This document shows, piece by piece, positions 9,922 through 19,228 of a stretch of DNA of 64,000 bases. This DNA comes from Solidesulfovibrio sp. (GTDB lineage Bacteria > Desulfobacterota > Desulfovibrionia > Desulfovibrionales > Desulfovibrionaceae). The stretch covers positions 3,210 to 67,209 of the forward strand of contig NZ_JARKOZ010000123.1 of NCBI RefSeq assembly GCF_029978005.1. The letters are read 5' to 3'. The notes below the pieces were generated by a model. That model ran no database searches, was not told the DNA's origin, and worked only from the letters and a program-made list of their open reading frames with translations. The translations under genes were made by a program, and so were the position numbers. The stretch's first letter is position 1; each line of letters starts with the position of its first letter.

Positions 9922-10101
9922 ATGAAGTCCAGCACAAAAAACATTGCTGAGGGCAAGTTGCACCAGGCCAAGGGCAAGGTCAAGGAGGTCGTCGGGGCTG
10001 CCATAAACAATCACGACCTGGAGATCGAGGGGAAGGGCGAAAATCTCGATGGCAAGATACAGGAAAAGATCGGCAAAATCGAGAAAGACATCGAGAAATA
10101 G
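9922..10101 (+). CDS. csbD: CsbD family stress protein
   Basis: MKSSTKNIAEGKLHQAKGKVKEVVGAAINNHDLEIEGKGENLDGKIQEKIG... (59 aa), RBS GGAG upstream. Confidence 0.9.
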   Translation: MKSSTKNIAEGKLHQAKGKVKEVVGAAINNHDLEIEGKGENLDGKIQEKIGKIEKDIEK

Positions 10102-10258
10102 ACCAGCCGTCAGGGCCGTGCCCCCTCCCTTGGATGGCCGTAAGCCGCCTGGAGGAGCACGGCCCGCAACGCCGTCGAAGGGGGAGCCGGGGATAGTCCT
10201 GGCCCCGGGACGAAACTTCCTCTGGCAAGGCGGCGCTTCGCATCCCATCGGCAACGCC

Positions 10259-11140
10259 ATGAACGCACACAGCCCGCCGCTGATCCTGGCACTCGCGACA
10301 ATCCTGCTTGCGACGCCAACTCCGGGGTTTGCGCAAGTCAGAACGGATCGGTCACGACATGAGAGCAGGGGAAACGACGATACGACAACGCCCGTCCGCG
10401 TCCAGCGTATCGGCAGGACAGATATATACCATTTTGAAAACGCTGCATCCGTCTATTTCTTCGAGGCAAAAATGGTCATTAACGCCGACGGTGCGCCCAA
10501 AGCCTATCACAGGGACACGGGGCGCGGCGTCGACCATCTCGCCAACGCGGGCAGCACGGGCAACTGGTGGGGAATCGTCACCGATACGGGCGATTCTGGC
10601 GGCAACCCCATCCTGCAAGGCGCAGGCGATCCCGCTCCTGGTTTCTATGTCTCGGGAACTGCCCTGCAGGACAGCACCAAGTCCAACGGCGACCAGAACC
10701 GATATGTGAATTCAGAAACAGTTCCATTCTATGTTCTGCCAAGAAGAATACATCTTCCGGTAAAAATAGGCGATTTCGGATTTGTGATCAACCAAAGAAA
10801 CAACGCCAGTTCCGGATGCATCTTCGCCGATATCGGCCCTGAAGACCGCATCGGCGAGGGCTCCATCGCTCTGGCCAAAGCCCTAGGCATCCAGAGCGAC
10901 CCGAAAGCTAAAGGTTCAGAGGATACGTATGTCTATGTCATCTTCTCCAACAGTGCCATGGGTTGGCCGCTTGATCTGGAGTTCATCAACGTACACGCCA
11001 AGGCGCTGTTCGAAAAATGGGGAGGTATGGAGCGATTGCAACAGGTCCTGCCTCTGGCCGTGATGTGTGCAGGCAAGCGTTACAAATGGAAGAATTACGA
11101 TAGTGTGCATTCAAAGCCGAGACAGTATGTTGATCGATAG
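10259..11140 (+). CDS. Secreted glycoside hydrolase family 75 (chitosanase-like) protein
   Basis: Signal peptide; INADGAP, ETVPFYVLP, IFADIGP..RIGEGSIALA motifs characteristic of GH75. Confidence 0.7.
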   Translation: MNAHSPPLILALATILLATPTPGFAQVRTDRSRHESRGNDDTTTPVRVQRIGRTDIYHFENAASVYFFEAKMVINADGAPKAYHRDTGRGVDHLANAGSTGNWWGIVTDTGDSGGNPILQGAGDPAPGFYVSGTALQDSTKSNGDQNRYVNSETVPFYVLPRRIHLPVKIGDFGFVINQRNNASSGCIFADIGPEDRIGEGSIALAKALGIQSDPKAKGSEDTYVYVIFSNSAMGWPLDLEFINVHAKALFEKWGGMERLQQVLPLAVMCAGKRYKWKNYDSVHSKPRQYVDR

Positions 11141-11277
11141 ATATTTGGCCTGAGAAGATCGTCCAATGCATTTATAAATTCTATGCGAGCTTGAGGCGCG
11201 ATGCAAACAGAAAATATGGTGCAAGAATATTGAACGGACAATACGGAACACTCTAACATTTAAATATGGAGGAAGCT

Positions 11278-11661
11278 ATGATAAAGCAAAACTTCTTGTT
11301 ACCCATGTTTATAGCTGCATTCATTTTCATCGGGGCCGACGCCGGCTTTGCGCAAAAGCAAGCGGACCATCCCGCTCCGGATGTCGACGGCGAGATCTGG
11401 ATGAAATCGTCCGACCTGGAAAAGAAGGCGTTCCTGTATGGAGCGGGAAGCGCCCTTGTCCTGGAATACCATCTCCGTCAGAAGCACGGGCAAGATGCAT
11501 CAAGGCTCGTCAAAGGATGGGTTGACGGACTCAAGGACATGAGTTGGTCGGATTTGTCCAATCATGTCGACGACTATTACAGGCAGAATCCAGACAAGAT
11601 GCAGAGGAATGTGTTCGATGTCATCTGGCATGAAGTCATAGCCAAAAACCAGAAGAACTGA
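11278..11661 (+). CDS. Hypothetical exported protein
   Basis: RBS GGAGGA, signal peptide ending AFA/GFA, coding-like composition. Confidence 0.7.
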   Translation: MIKQNFLLPMFIAAFIFIGADAGFAQKQADHPAPDVDGEIWMKSSDLEKKAFLYGAGSALVLEYHLRQKHGQDASRLVKGWVDGLKDMSWSDLSNHVDDYYRQNPDKMQRNVFDVIWHEVIAKNQKN

Positions 11662-11671
11662 GGACACCATC

Positions 11672-12028
11672 ATGCAATCCATAGCGATCTCGACACTTAT
11701 TCTCCTGTTTCTGAGTCTCTCCGCCTGTACGCGCATGACGCCCACCCAGCAGGGGGCCCTCTCCGGTGCGGCCATTGGCGCTGGCGCGGGCGTTGGCATC
11801 AGCGCTTTGGCCGGCGGCAACCTTGGGGTCGGAGCGTTGGTCGGCGGCGCACTGGGCGGCGTTGCCGGAGGACTCTACGGCAACGAACAGGAACAACGCG
11901 ACAGAGCGGCGCAAAATGTCCGTAACCAAGATAAAGCCAACAGCATCAAGAAGCACCAGCGGGATATGCGTAAAAGACAAATCAACCAATTCAACAAACA
12001 AGAAAACAACAGCGCCAAGAATTATTGA
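11672..12028 (+). CDS. Glycine-zipper lipoprotein
   Basis: Lipobox LSAC, GALSGAAIGAGAG...GALVGGALGGVAGG glycine zipper. Confidence 0.8.
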   Translation: MQSIAISTLILLFLSLSACTRMTPTQQGALSGAAIGAGAGVGISALAGGNLGVGALVGGALGGVAGGLYGNEQEQRDRAAQNVRNQDKANSIKKHQRDMRKRQINQFNKQENNSAKNY

Positions 12029-12239
12029 TTCCCGCTGCGTCGCATTTGAGCTGGATTCGCCCGCTCTCCCGCGGCCTGCCTGTAATACCGCCGGAAACGG
12101 GCCCAGCCTCCGCTTGGTCATGCGCTGAGAGAGCGGGGCATTCGATGTTGAAAAAAATGGATATATCTTGAGAATTCTCCGCTCTCGGGCATATCGACCA
12201 ACATGACCTCGTCGCCCGAGACAGCCATGGGGGGGCGCT

Positions 12240-14276
12240 TCAGCCCCGGGCTGCCTCGGCCGCGACCTCGGTCATCACCCAGCAGCGCAGGACCTCGGCC
12301 ACGCTCCAGGCCTGGGCGATGCAGCCTCGGGCCAGATAGGGCGGCTCGGCATCGAACACCTCGTTGATGGATCCGACGCAGGCCGCGTCCAGATTGCTCA
12401 TGAGACCGGTCAGAAATCCCCGGGCCTCGCCTTGCCGACCCGGATGGAGCTTGAGCCAGGCCTCCACGTAGGGGCCGATGAGCCAGGCCCAGACCGTGCC
12501 CTGGTGGTAGGCGGCGTCCCTGGAACGCAGATCGCCGTAATACTTGGCCTTGTAATCCGGATGCCCGGGAGCCAGGGAGCGCAGCCCCACGGGCGTCAGC
12601 AGTTCCCTGGTCACCACCTCCATCACCGACGGCCACCGGGACGCGTCCAGAACGGGATGATCCAGGGAAATGGCCAGCACCTGATTGGGACGGCAGGCCG
12701 CGTCGTCGCGACCGTCCTCGCCGTCGACCACGTCGTAGAGATAGCCGCCCGATGCGTGCCAGAAGCGGGCGTTGAACGCGTCCCGGACCTGGTCGGCCCG
12801 CTGGCCGATGTCCTCGGCGGCCGGGGCGTCGCCGGATTGCGTGAGCCAGCCCTGCAGCAGACGCAGGGCGTTGTACCACAAGGCGTTTATTTCCACGGCC
12901 TTGCCGCGTCTGGGCGTGACCACCCAGTCATCCACTTTGGCGTCCATCCAGGTCAGCTGGTAGCCCGGGGCTCCCTGGCGCAGCAGACCGTCGCCAGGGT
13001 CCATGCCGATGCCGAAATCCGTGCCCCTCATGTGCTTTTCGATGATGTCCCGAAATTTGGGAAGCAACAGCCGCAAGGTGGCCTGGTCATTGGTCGCGCC
13101 CAGGTAGCGGTGGAAGGCGTGGAAAAACCACAAGGTCGCGTCGGCGGTATGATACAGCCCGTCCTTCTCTCCTTCGGGAAACATGTTGGGAATAAGTCCG
13201 TTTCGGACGTATTCGGCGAAAGTCCGCAAAATCCAGCCGGCTTCGTTGATGCGCCCGGTCAGCAGGGTCAGCCCTTCGAGGCTGATCATGGTGTCGCGGC
13301 CCCAATCGGTGAACCAGTGATACCCGGCGATAATCGTGCGCACGTCGTCGCCGGCGGCCTTGGCCCGCACGACGGCCTGGATGCGTCCCACCGGCGTGAT
13401 CAGAAACTGGTCCGCCGCCAGGACCAACTGAGCGGCAGGGCCGCTTTTCAGGGCCGGCGCGGCCAGACGCAGCAGGCTGTCGCGGCGTTCGGACTCGGAC
13501 CGGTAGGCCGACTCCGGGGACTGGGCCTGGATGGCTTCCCAGCTTTCCGTGGAGGCCACCAGGGTGGTCTCCTGGCCCAGCGTCAGATCGGTGCGGAAGT
13601 AGCCGGGGCTCCACAGCGACCCCTTCCAGGCGTAGCCCCGGTTGCGCTCCGTGCGGTAGGGAATGGCCGCCGTCACCTTGCCGTCGCAGGTAAACGCTGT
13701 GGCTTGGCCGTGCAGCTGCAGGCGCAGGACGGGATACTGCGGCTCCCCGGTGATCTCGAACTGGTCTTTGTAGACCGACAGCCGATAGGCGGCCGAGGGC
13801 TCCGGGCAGACCAGGGCGTCGTGGGAACGAAACTGCATGGCCGGGCGCAGGTTCAACCGCAACATTCCCTCGCCGCGCAGCAGTCGGTAGGTCACATGAA
13901 CGGTATTTTGCTGGTAGGGCATGAGCAGCCGCTTTTCCAGGACAAAACCGTCGATTTCATAGAGCCAGACCGGCAGGCCGTGGTCCAGGCGAAAGGCGGT
14001 CAGAGGGTAGACGTTTTCCGGGGCGACGCCGGCCAGCTCTTCCGCGCCGGTATGGACCACCCGGCGGCAGGGCAGGCGCAGGCGCTCGGACAGGCCGTTG
14101 AGCATCATCACCCGGCCCAGGGGATTGGGCAGGGCCGCCACCAGCAGGCCGTGATAGCGCCGGGTGATGGTTCCGGTCACGGTTCCCGAGGCATAGCCGC
14201 CAAGGCCGTTGGTGACCAGCCATTCCCGCAGCAGATGCGGGTCCTGGCCGGGGGTCGTCTCATGGTGGTCAGTCAT
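12240..14276 (-). CDS. Amylo-alpha-1,6-glucosidase / glycogen debranching enzyme (GH133-like)
   Basis: EWLVTNGLGGYASGT, RRYHGLL, IAGYHWFTDWGRDTMISLEG, LTWMDAKV, AYHQGTVW, QAWSVAE. The start is coupled to the treZ stop. Confidence 0.92.
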   Translation of the reverse strand: MTDHHETTPGQDPHLLREWLVTNGLGGYASGTVTGTITRRYHGLLVAALPNPLGRVMMLNGLSERLRLPCRRVVHTGAEELAGVAPENVYPLTAFRLDHGLPVWLYEIDGFVLEKRLLMPYQQNTVHVTYRLLRGEGMLRLNLRPAMQFRSHDALVCPEPSAAYRLSVYKDQFEITGEPQYPVLRLQLHGQATAFTCDGKVTAAIPYRTERNRGYAWKGSLWSPGYFRTDLTLGQETTLVASTESWEAIQAQSPESAYRSESERRDSLLRLAAPALKSGPAAQLVLAADQFLITPVGRIQAVVRAKAAGDDVRTIIAGYHWFTDWGRDTMISLEGLTLLTGRINEAGWILRTFAEYVRNGLIPNMFPEGEKDGLYHTADATLWFFHAFHRYLGATNDQATLRLLLPKFRDIIEKHMRGTDFGIGMDPGDGLLRQGAPGYQLTWMDAKVDDWVVTPRRGKAVEINALWYNALRLLQGWLTQSGDAPAAEDIGQRADQVRDAFNARFWHASGGYLYDVVDGEDGRDDAACRPNQVLAISLDHPVLDASRWPSVMEVVTRELLTPVGLRSLAPGHPDYKAKYYGDLRSRDAAYHQGTVWAWLIGPYVEAWLKLHPGRQGEARGFLTGLMSNLDAACVGSINEVFDAEPPYLARGCIAQAWSVAEVLRCWVMTEVAAEAARG

Positions 14277-16164
14277 CCTTACGTTTCTCCCAGGGGGCCG
14301 GGCGCAGGGCCACGGCGGCATGGCCCGGAATGCGCCAGTTGTCCTTGGTGTCGAGAGGGGGCGTCCCGGTGCCGCCATAGCGCGGGTCCTCGCTCGACCA
14401 CAGAATCTGCCAGGCGTGGCCGACCGGCGGAGCCAGCAGCGGCTCCGGGGCCGAGATCAGGTGCAGATCCCGCCCGAGATTGACCAGCAGCAGCCGGTCG
14501 TCGTCGCCCTCGCCAAAAAACCGCAGCAGCAGACATTCGTCCGCCAAGACCGAGCCGTCCAGGCCGCCTGGTTTCTGGGCGGCAAAGACGGTGTCTTCAC
14601 GGCGTAGCCGCAGCAGATCCTTGTGCAGATCGTAGATCGGGCGGTTACGCTCGCGCTCGCTGAAATCCAGCTTGCAGTGGGCAAAGACCTCCGGATCGCC
14701 GGGATCCGGTGCGTGGGCCCGCATCTCCCGGGTGGCCAGGCTGCGAAATTGCTGCAATGCCTTGGCCCGCCCTTTCCGGACCAGCCGGGCCAGTTCCGGT
14801 TCGTGGTCGGAAAAGAAATGAAAGGGGGCCGAAGCGCCGAATTCCTGTCCCTGGAAGAGCATGGGAGTGCACGGGGCCAGCAGCAACAGCGCGGTCATGG
14901 CCCGCAGACGGCCGGGACTGGTCAGAAACTGGATCCGTTCGCCGCGTCCGGAATTGGCGATCTGGTCGTGATTTTGGATATAAACGACGAAGTGCGCCGG
15001 CGCCAGATGCAGGCACGGCGTGCCGCGACGCTGTTTCTGCCAGGCATAGCGTTGTCCCTGGTAGAGATAGCCGTATTTGAGCATGGACAGAAATTCCTGC
15101 GCTCTCCCCGCATAGTCCGAATAATAGGCTTCGCTGCGCCCGGTCAGGGCGACCGTGGCGGCGTGGTGGAAATCGTCGTTCCACAGGCCGTCCAGGCCGC
15201 TGCCGCCCTCTGCGGCCGGGCGTGCCAGATTTGCGTCCTGGGATTCGTTTTCAGCCACGACAATGGTCTTGCGACCGCCTGCCGCCTGCCGCACCCGCCT
15301 CACTATGGCGGTTACGATGTATTCCGGCGAATCGTCGAAGATCTGCTGGGTGGCGTCCAGGCGCAGGCCGTCGATGTGGTATTCCGCGACCCAATAAGCG
15401 GCGTTGATCAGGAAAAATTCCCGCACCGGTCCGGAATGTTCGCCATCGAAATTGATGGCCTGCCCCCATTCGTTTTCATACTTGCTGGTGAAAAAGTCGG
15501 CCGCGAACTCGCTGAGATAATTCCCGCTTGGCCCCACATGGTTATAGACCACGTCCAGGATCACTCCCAGGCCGCAGTGATGGGCCTCGTCCACGAAACG
15601 GCGCAAATCATCCGGTTCCCCGTAGATTCCAACCGGTGCAAAGAGACCGACTCCGTCGTAGCCCCAGCCGAAATGGCCGGGAAAATCCGCCACCGGCATG
15701 AGTTCGACGACAGTGACGCCGCACGCCGCCAGTTCGGCCAGTTCCCGCCCGGCCGCAGCCCAGGTGCCTTCCTGGGTGAACGTCCCGATGTGCATTTCAT
15801 AGATGATCTGGCCTTCGATGCCGACTCCGGGCCAGTGGCCGTCACGCCAGGGAAAGGCGGCTGGATCCACCACCTGGGACGGCCCATGGGGACCGTCCGG
15901 CTGGAAGCGCGAGGCCGGATCGGGAAAGGCGTCCTGGCCGCTCAAGCGGTAGCGATACCGGGTGCCGGCGGCGGCCTGGGGCGCCAGGACGGCGTGGTAC
16001 CCGTCGTCCTGCAGGGCCATGGGGATTTCCCTCGTCGCGCCCGGCCCGGACTCGAGGACAACGGCAACCGACCGATGCCGGGGAGCCCAAAGGCGAAAAT
16101 GGACCCCGCCGCCGGGCAGGATTTCGGCTCCGATGGGGAAGCGCCGTGTTGGCATAACGTTCAT
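14269..16164 (-). CDS. treZ: Malto-oligosyltrehalose trehalohydrolase (GH13)
   Basis: FRLWAP, DPASRFQPDGPHG, YEMHIGTFT, WGYDGV, DVVYNH, DGLRLDATQ, VAE, QNHDQ, PMLFQGQE. Confidence 0.9.
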   Translation of the reverse strand: MNVMPTRRFPIGAEILPGGGVHFRLWAPRHRSVAVVLESGPGATREIPMALQDDGYHAVLAPQAAAGTRYRYRLSGQDAFPDPASRFQPDGPHGPSQVVDPAAFPWRDGHWPGVGIEGQIIYEMHIGTFTQEGTWAAAGRELAELAACGVTVVELMPVADFPGHFGWGYDGVGLFAPVGIYGEPDDLRRFVDEAHHCGLGVILDVVYNHVGPSGNYLSEFAADFFTSKYENEWGQAINFDGEHSGPVREFFLINAAYWVAEYHIDGLRLDATQQIFDDSPEYIVTAIVRRVRQAAGGRKTIVVAENESQDANLARPAAEGGSGLDGLWNDDFHHAATVALTGRSEAYYSDYAGRAQEFLSMLKYGYLYQGQRYAWQKQRRGTPCLHLAPAHFVVYIQNHDQIANSGRGERIQFLTSPGRLRAMTALLLLAPCTPMLFQGQEFGASAPFHFFSDHEPELARLVRKGRAKALQQFRSLATREMRAHAPDPGDPEVFAHCKLDFSERERNRPIYDLHKDLLRLRREDTVFAAQKPGGLDGSVLADECLLLRFFGEGDDDRLLLVNLGRDLHLISAPEPLLAPPVGHAWQILWSSEDPRYGGTGTPPLDTKDNWRIPGHAAVALRPAPWEKRKDD

Positions 16165-16417
16165 GTAGTTGCTCGCAGGTTTTTCCCAGCCCCCTAAAGC
16201 GACATAACAACAGGGCTGGCTCTTTGGATCAACACCATTATTACAGGCCAGAGTTCCAAAGCGTCAATGCGGATTTTGCAAAAGTAGGGGCCTGTCAGCC
16301 CTGTCTTCGGCCGCATCCCCCCAGGGAAGGGGGCAAACTCTTGAGTCTACGCCAATATTCCCATTTCTTGCAACGCAAATATCGCCAGCCAGTATTTTCA
16401 AAACGCTTGAGAGCAGA

Positions 16418-16464
16418 CAATCTGCGGTCATATATCACCAATGGTGATATATGACCGCAGATTG
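16418..16464. promoter_or_regulatory. Perfect inverted repeat (23-bp arms, 1-nt centre); copy 2 of the 35-bp palindrome
   Basis: caatctgcggtcatatatcacca-a-tggtgatatatgaccgcagattg. Confidence 0.75.
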
Positions 16465-16555
16465 GGACCGCTTATTGGAGGCTTCCGTTCCTGGTGATAT
16501 AAAATTAATTAATGATATAGATAGAATAATCCTGACTGACCAGAACGCTTTTGCA

Positions 16556-16571
16556 TGGCACGGAACATGAA
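16556..16571 (+). promoter_or_regulatory. sigma54-like promoter candidate upstream of the PRC-barrel gene
   Basis: TGGCACG-GAAC-ATGAA; perfect -24 half, degenerate -12 half. Confidence 0.4.
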
Positions 16572-16755
16572 ATGAAGAAAGAGTGTTTTACGAAATCCAA
16601 GTGTGTCCATGGGAACGGGCGTCCTCCTGGACTGGCTCCGGACAAAAGGCGCCGGCCTCCAGGACATCTGCTCCAGCTAGAGGCCAGCGGCTTTGGGCGG
16701 CAGTGGCCTGCAGCGGGATGCCACTTGGATACTAACTGTAACCGAGGAGTTCTTC

Positions 16756-17157
16756 ATGTCTGTTGCGCCTAAGATTCTTATCGTTGCCATGGCACTGTCC
16801 CTGAGCCTGATTGCCGGTGCGGCCCTTGCGCAAACACCGCCGGTCGTCGGCACCATCGGTATCACCAGTGAGGAAAGCAAACTGCTCGCCAAGGGCTGGA
16901 GCATCAAGAAGGACATCCTGGGCAAGGACGTCTACAACGATGCCAATGCAAAAGTCGGTGTTGTCGAGGACATCGTTGTGACGCCAGACAAGGCAATGTC
17001 TTATGCCATCGTCAGCACCGGCGGCTTCCTGGGCATGGCCAAGCATGACGTCGTCATCCCGGTCAACCAGTTCAAGATAAAGGATGCCCGCGTCTCTTTG
17101 CCAGGAGCCACCAAGGAATCCGTCAAGGCGATGCCAGAATTCAAGTACGCCGACTAA
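16756..17157 (+). CDS. PRC-barrel domain exported protein
   Basis: Signal peptide; ILGKDVYNDANAKVGVVEDIVV...YAIVSTGGFLGM..HDVVIP; RBS GAGGAG. Confidence 0.9.
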   Translation: MSVAPKILIVAMALSLSLIAGAALAQTPPVVGTIGITSEESKLLAKGWSIKKDILGKDVYNDANAKVGVVEDIVVTPDKAMSYAIVSTGGFLGMAKHDVVIPVNQFKIKDARVSLPGATKESVKAMPEFKYAD

Positions 17158-17370
17158 CCGTTTCACCAGATGCCCCTGGCCAGCGTCCAGCCAGGGGCAT
17201 CTTGCTGGGATGTTGCAACGACGTCCAAAACAGGCTGCTCTTTTTACGCAACACCTGCCTTTACGACATGCCCCATGCGCACTGACAATCAGGCCATGGC
17301 ATACGCGGATTCCTCAAGTCGAATGAGTCCGAAAAGGATGACAACCATCTGCCCGTTCAGGGGAATGCTT

Positions 17371-17934
17371 ATGACTACCAGCTTGACCAGTACACTGGCC
17401 AGAATCCTGCTTATCGCTTCGTTGCTGCTGCTCGGCACGGCATGCCAGCCCCAAAACAGACGGTACGAAACCTCTTTCCGTCAGGAGGGGTACGTTCCAG
17501 AATCAACCAGCGTCAGGAGATTTGTCCGAACCGATTCACAACAAGACTATTACGTCGATAGCAGGGGCGGAATGCACCTCGTGACCAGACAGGTGGCGCA
17601 ACCGATCAGTCCGAACGGCATTCTTTACTATGTTGAAGACGACGATCGACCCTATTCCCTTGATGAGAACCAGAGGCTCTACACTCGGGACCAGTCCGGT
17701 CGCATGTATTATATCGAAGACGTAAGGCCTGGGCGGAGCGTTGAATCCCAAGTCATTGTCTACGAAAGGGCGCCCTACAGGGATATGATGCCGGCTTATT
17801 CGCAAGAGTCATGCGCCAGCCAGTACGAAAAGTGCATGTCCGGCTGCCAAGGCTTGTCTCGCCGGGAAGCGTATACGTACCAGACATGCGTCAATAATTG
17901 CGAGACCATCAGAAGCGGCTGCAGCGGACGCTAG
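17371..17934 (+). CDS. Hypothetical lipoprotein with a C-terminal six-Cys motif
   Basis: Lipobox GTAC; C-terminal CX6CX3C...CX3CX6C. Confidence 0.7.
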   Translation: MTTSLTSTLARILLIASLLLLGTACQPQNRRYETSFRQEGYVPESTSVRRFVRTDSQQDYYVDSRGGMHLVTRQVAQPISPNGILYYVEDDDRPYSLDENQRLYTRDQSGRMYYIEDVRPGRSVESQVIVYERAPYRDMMPAYSQESCASQYEKCMSGCQGLSRREAYTYQTCVNNCETIRSGCSGR

Positions 17935-17947
17935 GTCGCGGAGATAT

Positions 17948-18800
17948 TTATCGTAGCCCGCAAATCCTCCGGCTCCCCTGGCCAATGGTCGTTGCCAGCC
18001 GCGGCTGGATGCGACGCGGCAGAGGGGACGAAAGGATGGCGGCTGACGCCAAGAGCCGGAGTGAAGGTGGTAGCAGGCGCTCAAGAAAACCGCTTGGCGT
18101 GGGTGGCGGAGGCATGGACCTCGTCGGCGATCTGGGCGTTGTCGTCAAGGCCGAGCAGCAGCAGACACTGGTGCTCGACCGGCAAAACGGCAAGCAGCGC
18201 CTGATCCAGCAGGCCCACGCCGCAGGAGACCGGCAGCGCCTTCCTGGGGTCGGCCGCCAGCCAGGCGGCGCAAAACGTGCCGGGACTCCCGGACGTCGTC
18301 GACTCCTTCCTCGTCGCAGTCGCTGGACTCGGCCCACTCCAGGCCGATGCTGCCCGGAAACGCGTCGCATATGTCACGCGCGTCGTGGCCTGGATGAGCG
18401 ACGGGGCATTCTTTTCGGCCTCCTCGAAAAGTCCCCGGTACGAACTCGCCAGCCGGACATGCACGCCGTTGGCCGTGGTCATGGTGGGCAGCCTGATGCC
18501 AAATCCCTCGGCCTCGCCGCGGGCCATGAGGGCGTGGGCGGCGAGCCGGGCGGCCTCGGTCTTGCCCGCGGCGTTCGTATTCACGAAGAGGCAACGGCTT
18601 GGCCCGCTTTCCGATCAGGCCACCGCCCCGGCGTGTGGGCCGGGAGCGGCGTCGGGGCGCATTCCTTCTCGATATGCGGCAGCAGCTCGTGAAGGCCGCG
18701 CTCACGTCGCGCCGCCTCGGACAGCGGATTCCACATGGAGCCCAGTCGCCTGGTGTGCACGTTCTCGTGGCTCGTCTGGGGGGAAATGAAACGGCCGGAC
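17948..18800 (-). pseudogene. cas3: Relic of a CRISPR-associated helicase Cas3 (type I, I-E-like), frameshifted and truncated
   Basis: Minus strand gives GKTEAARLAAHALMARGEAEG (Walker A, ~18560), LPTMTTANG (motif Ia), CAAWLAADPRKAL...GVGLLDQALLAVLPVEHQCLLLLGL, IADEVHA (DEVH, 18114-18125) and AAILSSPLP (degenerate motif III), across several frames. Confidence 0.75.
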
Positions 18801-18835
18801 GACTGGCCGTCGCCCGGCCTCGGGACGTCGGAAGG

Positions 18836-19228
18836 TCAGAAGATGTTGTTGGTGTTGACCCAGCCATACATGTTGAGGCTCGGCACATGCACCAAGGCCC
18901 AGCCTTCGAGGTCGTTGACCAGGATCTCAACCGGGGTTCCGAGCGGCATCTTGGCCAGGACGCCGCAATACAGCCCTTCGCAGTTGCGAAGGGGCAGGTC
19001 GGTCATGCTGGCCCGGGCCGTCGCCTGAGGGGTCAACGTCCAGGCCTCGGCCAATATGGCCTGCTGCTGCGAACTCATGACCATGGGCGGGGTCCCCATG
19101 GGAGTCCTCGCTGGATTTTGCTGCATGCTTTGCGGCGCCATCTGGGCCTGGGCCACGGCGGTGAAAGCAACGATCAAGGCCGACAAGAGCATAAGGGCAA
19201 ACATCAGAAAGACGAGGCGGGTATTCAT
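18836..19228 (-). CDS. Exported SH3 (type 3) domain protein
   Basis: Signal peptide; LPLRNCEGLYCGVLAKMPLGTPVEILVNDLEGWALVHV...GWV. Confidence 0.75.
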   Translation of the reverse strand: MNTRLVFLMFALMLLSALIVAFTAVAQAQMAPQSMQQNPARTPMGTPPMVMSSQQQAILAEAWTLTPQATARASMTDLPLRNCEGLYCGVLAKMPLGTPVEILVNDLEGWALVHVPSLNMYGWVNTNNIF

